Shown: positions 61,411 to 64,000 of the stretch, piece by piece
How the letters are laid out: every line of letters begins with the position of its first letter
How positions within the stretch are numbered: position 1 is the stretch's first letter
Made by a program: the position numbers and the translations under genes
Origin: Gemmatimonas sp.
GTDB lineage: Bacteria; Gemmatimonadota; Gemmatimonadetes; Gemmatimonadales; Gemmatimonadaceae
DNA: 64,000 bases
Assembly (NCBI GenBank): GCA_965279375.1
Contig: OZ257156.1
Location: 1,120,001-1,184,000 of the forward strand
Direction of reading: 5' to 3'
The notes under the pieces: generated by a model
Seen by the model: the letters and a program-made list of their open reading frames with translations, nothing else
Told to the model about the DNA's origin: nothing
Databases searched by the model: none

Positions 61411-61521
61411 AAAAACAAAAAAGGCGCGGGTCCACCCCCCGACAGGGAGCGAACACTCGCGCCTTCAACTGCCGGAGACTTTCTCTCCGGTCGTCAAGGT
61501 TGGCCGATCAAGCGGCCTTTT
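61411..61521 (-). promoter_or_regulatory. Structured leader with overlapping antiterminator/intrinsic terminator (attenuator candidate)
   Basis: Hairpins GGCCG-CTTGAT-CGGCC and CCGGAGA-GAAAG-TCTCCGG, then the terminator AAGGCGCG...CGCGCCTT-TTTTGTTTTT ending 6 nt before ATG 61404. Confidence 0.65.
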
Positions 61522-61710
61522 TACTTTGCGTTTCGTTGTACTGCTGTTAGTGAATATGCCGACTCACACGGCAATAGCAAGTGAAGAGCAGACGACCTGA
61601 GGGTCGTGGATCACACCATCTGCGTCACGACTGATCTCGACCTGCTTGCTCGCACGTGCCGATTGCTGCGTCGTTTCGCTGCGCCGTGGGATGCGGGTTC
61701 GAACGCGCGT

Positions 61711-62433
61711 TCAGACGTGCTTGCTGAGCAACTCCAACCGGTGACGCAGGTCGCCAAGCGCCTTCGACTTGAATGTGCTCCGCGTGTCCTCAAGGACGGC
61801 GATGGTATCGTCGATCGCTTGCTGCAGCTGCGCGCCACGCGGACAGTTGATGAGCTGACAGGGGTGCGACTGCGCGTCGCCTTTGCCCGCAAGCGCCTGG
61901 CCCAGATGTTCGAGATCCGACAAGGATCCCATCACGTTGCGCAGCGTCATCGCCAGAAACAGGTCAACGCCGCTCCTGGCCTCGTCCGCCGCCGCCGGCA
62001 GCACGTCGAGTTTGCGTCGATACTCTCGCAGCCGCGCCTCGGTGTCCTGCATCGTTTGATACGATCGAAAGCGCGCCACTGCCGCCGACACGCGCGCGAG
62101 CAACAGCGTGAAGTCCACCGGTTTCACGAGATACGCCGTGACCGGCAGCTCGATGCACGCGACTGCAGAACGCACCGACGGAAATCCGGTGATGATGATG
62201 ATCGGCAGGCCGCCACTCAGGTGCGACACCTGCTGTACGAGATCGAGATCGGCGTTCCCCGGCATCTCGAGATCGGTGATCAGCAGATCGTATGAGGCCT
62301 TCGCGATGGCACTGACGGCCTGCGGCGCGTCCTCCACCGTCTCCACCGTGTACCCCTCGCCGCGCAGCAACTCCGCGGTGGAGTGCAGAAAAGTCGGCTC
62401 ATCATCGGCAATGAGAATGCGGCCGCGACTCAT
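61711..62433 (-). CDS. Response regulator with uncharacterised helical output domain
   Basis: REC (IADDE, ITDLEMP, ITG, VKP) followed by a coiled coil, a CQLINC motif and a helical tail. No HTH recognised. Confidence 0.88.
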   Translation of the reverse strand: MSRGRILIADDEPTFLHSTAELLRGEGYTVETVEDAPQAVSAIAKASYDLLITDLEMPGNADLDLVQQVSHLSGGLPIIIITGFPSVRSAVACIELPVTAYLVKPVDFTLLLARVSAAVARFRSYQTMQDTEARLREYRRKLDVLPAAADEARSGVDLFLAMTLRNVMGSLSDLEHLGQALAGKGDAQSHPCQLINCPRGAQLQQAIDDTIAVLEDTRSTFKSKALGDLRHRLELLSKHV

Positions 62434-64000
62434 CGGAGTACCCCTGTGTCGATAGGAACCATGGGCAAGCGCACCTCGAATTCGGTGCCGCCCGTCGGAC
62501 GATCACGCACCACGACTTCGCCGCCCACTGCGAGCACGGACTGACGTACCAGCGAGAGTCCGATACCCATACCACCCGTCTTCACGGTGCGATCCTTCGT
62601 GCTGAAGAACGGCTCGAAGATGCGCTCACGTATGGCATCGGGAATGCCCGGTCCTTCATCGCAAACGCGAATGACGCATTCGTCGCCCTCGCGCACCGCC
62701 GACACTTCGATGGTGCCATGCTCCGGCGATGCATCGAGCGCGTTCTGCACAAGGTTGTAGAGCGTCTGACGCAACAACGCGTCGGGCACCGGCACGAGAC
62801 TTGGCGCCTTGGCGACGCTGGTCACGATGCGAATGTTGCGCGCGCGATTGACCTGCTCGAGAAAGCTGACTGCATCGCTGATGGCCAGCACGACCGACGA
62901 GTTGCTGTGCATTGACTGGTCGGGACGATACGTCTCGTAGAGTTGACGCGTGACCGCCGCGATGCGCGCGATCTCGCGTTCGATGGCACCGACAAATCGG
63001 AAATGCGGATGATCCGCTGCGATACCGCCGCGTACGAGGAGAAACGCGTTCTGAATACCCGCCAGCGGATTGTTGATCTCGTGCGCCACGCGAGCCGCAA
63101 GCTGCCCCATGGTCGTCAGCGCCCCGATCTGCCGCAAAGACTCCTCGGCGCGTTTGCGTTCGGAGAGATCGTGTCCCTCCACCAGCAGTTGCGTGACGAC
63201 TTCGTTGGCGTCGCGAATCGGGCGCAGTGAGAAGTCGATGGTGCCTGGCCGCTTGTCGGCAGTCGTGATGGTGACCTCGAAGCGCGTCGGGTCTCCGCCG
63301 CGCGCGCGTGCGAGGCGCTCCTGTACACGGGCGGCGGTCACCTCGTCGTCGATCCACCACGGCAGTCGCTCGAAGTCCGCGCCTTGCATCGCATCCACCG
63401 ACAGGCCAGCCACGGCAGCCGCTGCGCGATTCGCTTCGAGAATGGTGCCATCGAGGTCGAGCAGCAACTCGAGCTGAAAGGCGCTCTCGAACATCACGCG
63501 GAACCGACGCTCGCTGCGCTCGCGCTCCGCTTCACTGCGCGCGCGCTCGGTGATGTCGGCGGAAATCCCGAGCACGCGCGCCGGCGCGCCATCCACCGTA
63601 CGCTCGATCAATCGGCCGCGATCCACGATGGTGTGCCAACTGCCATCGCCGGCCTGAATACGGTACTCGCATTCGTATACGTCGCTCTTGCCGGCCAGAT
63701 GCGCACGCATCGCTTCGGTCACGCGCGGCAAGTCCTCGACGTGCATGATTCTCGTCCACCCCGAGGTGGGCCCGTTCAACTGCGCCGGATCGTAGCCGAG
63801 CGAGCGAACCAGTGCATTGCTGCGATGCACCTGGTCCTGCAACAGGTCCAGCTCCCAGACGCCATCGGTCGATCGCTCGATCGCGCGCTGCATGCGCGCC
63901 ATGCCTTCGGTGCTCGCCTGCTCCCATCGCTTGCGGGCGAGCCACAATGTGACCGACGCGAGCGCCGACACGGCCAATCCGAGCACAAGCAGCAGTTCGG
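62430..64000 (-). CDS. PAS-domain sensor histidine kinase, 5'-truncated by window edge
   Basis: TM segment, two PAS/PAC domains, HEINNPL, NLVQNA, D.GPG, FEPFFSTK and GMGIGL motifs. Confidence 0.93.
   Translation of the reverse strand, partial: ELLLVLGLAVSALASVTLWLARKRWEQASTEGMARMQRAIERSTDGVWELDLLQDQVHRSNALVRSLGYDPAQLNGPTSGWTRIMHVEDLPRVTEAMRAHLAGKSDVYECEYRIQAGDGSWHTIVDRGRLIERTVDGAPARVLGISADITERARSEAERERSERRFRVMFESAFQLELLLDLDGTILEANRAAAAVAGLSVDAMQGADFERLPWWIDDEVTAARVQERLARARGGDPTRFEVTITTADKRPGTIDFSLRPIRDANEVVTQLLVEGHDLSERKRAEESLRQIGALTTMGQLAARVAHEINNPLAGIQNAFLLVRGGIAADHPHFRFVGAIEREIARIAAVTRQLYETYRPDQSMHSNSSVVLAISDAVSFLEQVNRARNIRIVTSVAKAPSLVPVPDALLRQTLYNLVQNALDASPEHGTIEVSAVREGDECVIRVCDEGPGIPDAIRERIFEPFFSTKDRTVKTGGMGIGLSLVRQSVLAVGGEVVVRDRPTGGTEFEVRLPMVPIDTGVLR

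Noticed and set aside
61411..61560. c-di-GMP-I riboswitch, T-box or ANTAR assignment of the leader
   Set aside because: The GGCAAAC/GACGCAAAGC architecture, T-box bulge and AxxG hexaloop pairs are absent. Kept as an unassigned attenuator.

Overview
This is a GC-rich bacterial chromosomal segment; gene content and style suggest Gemmatimonadota (Gemmatimonas-like), which is an inference. It holds about 50 CDSs, one tRNA-Phe(GAA) and one decayed pseudogene. I saw no integrase, transposase, rRNA or CRISPR array. From left to right: a peptidase trio (S9, M48, M24) divergent from a SusC/SusD pair; msrB; an MfpA-like pentapeptide-repeat gene coupled to nhaA; AKR/HxlR; a 7.7-kb islet with a stand-alone BLUF photoreceptor and a cheA-cheW-PAS-MCP-cheY-cheB-cheR operon; a permuted multicopper oxidase; queF, rhomboid and ddl; an ECF sigma operon with two glycogen-binding (CBM48/AMPK-beta-like) proteins; a housekeeping run (CBS, mug, mutS, SPOR, holA, ECF/anti-sigma, NUDIX, SET, M16 pair); and a kinase-response regulator-attenuator-NtrC cascade. 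The best candidates for undescribed systems are: (1) the BLUF-chemotaxis islet, with back-to-back sigma28-like promoters and near-identical flanking hairpins next to tRNA-Phe, a possible photo/redox-taxis module; (2) a structured terminator/antiterminator leader with UUGA repeats between a response regulator of unknown output domain and a sigma54 activator; (3) the ECF plus CBM48 trans-envelope alpha-glucan sensing operon; (4) a SET methyltransferase with its own histone-H1-like tail. All calls come from reading motifs by eye; no database searches were run.
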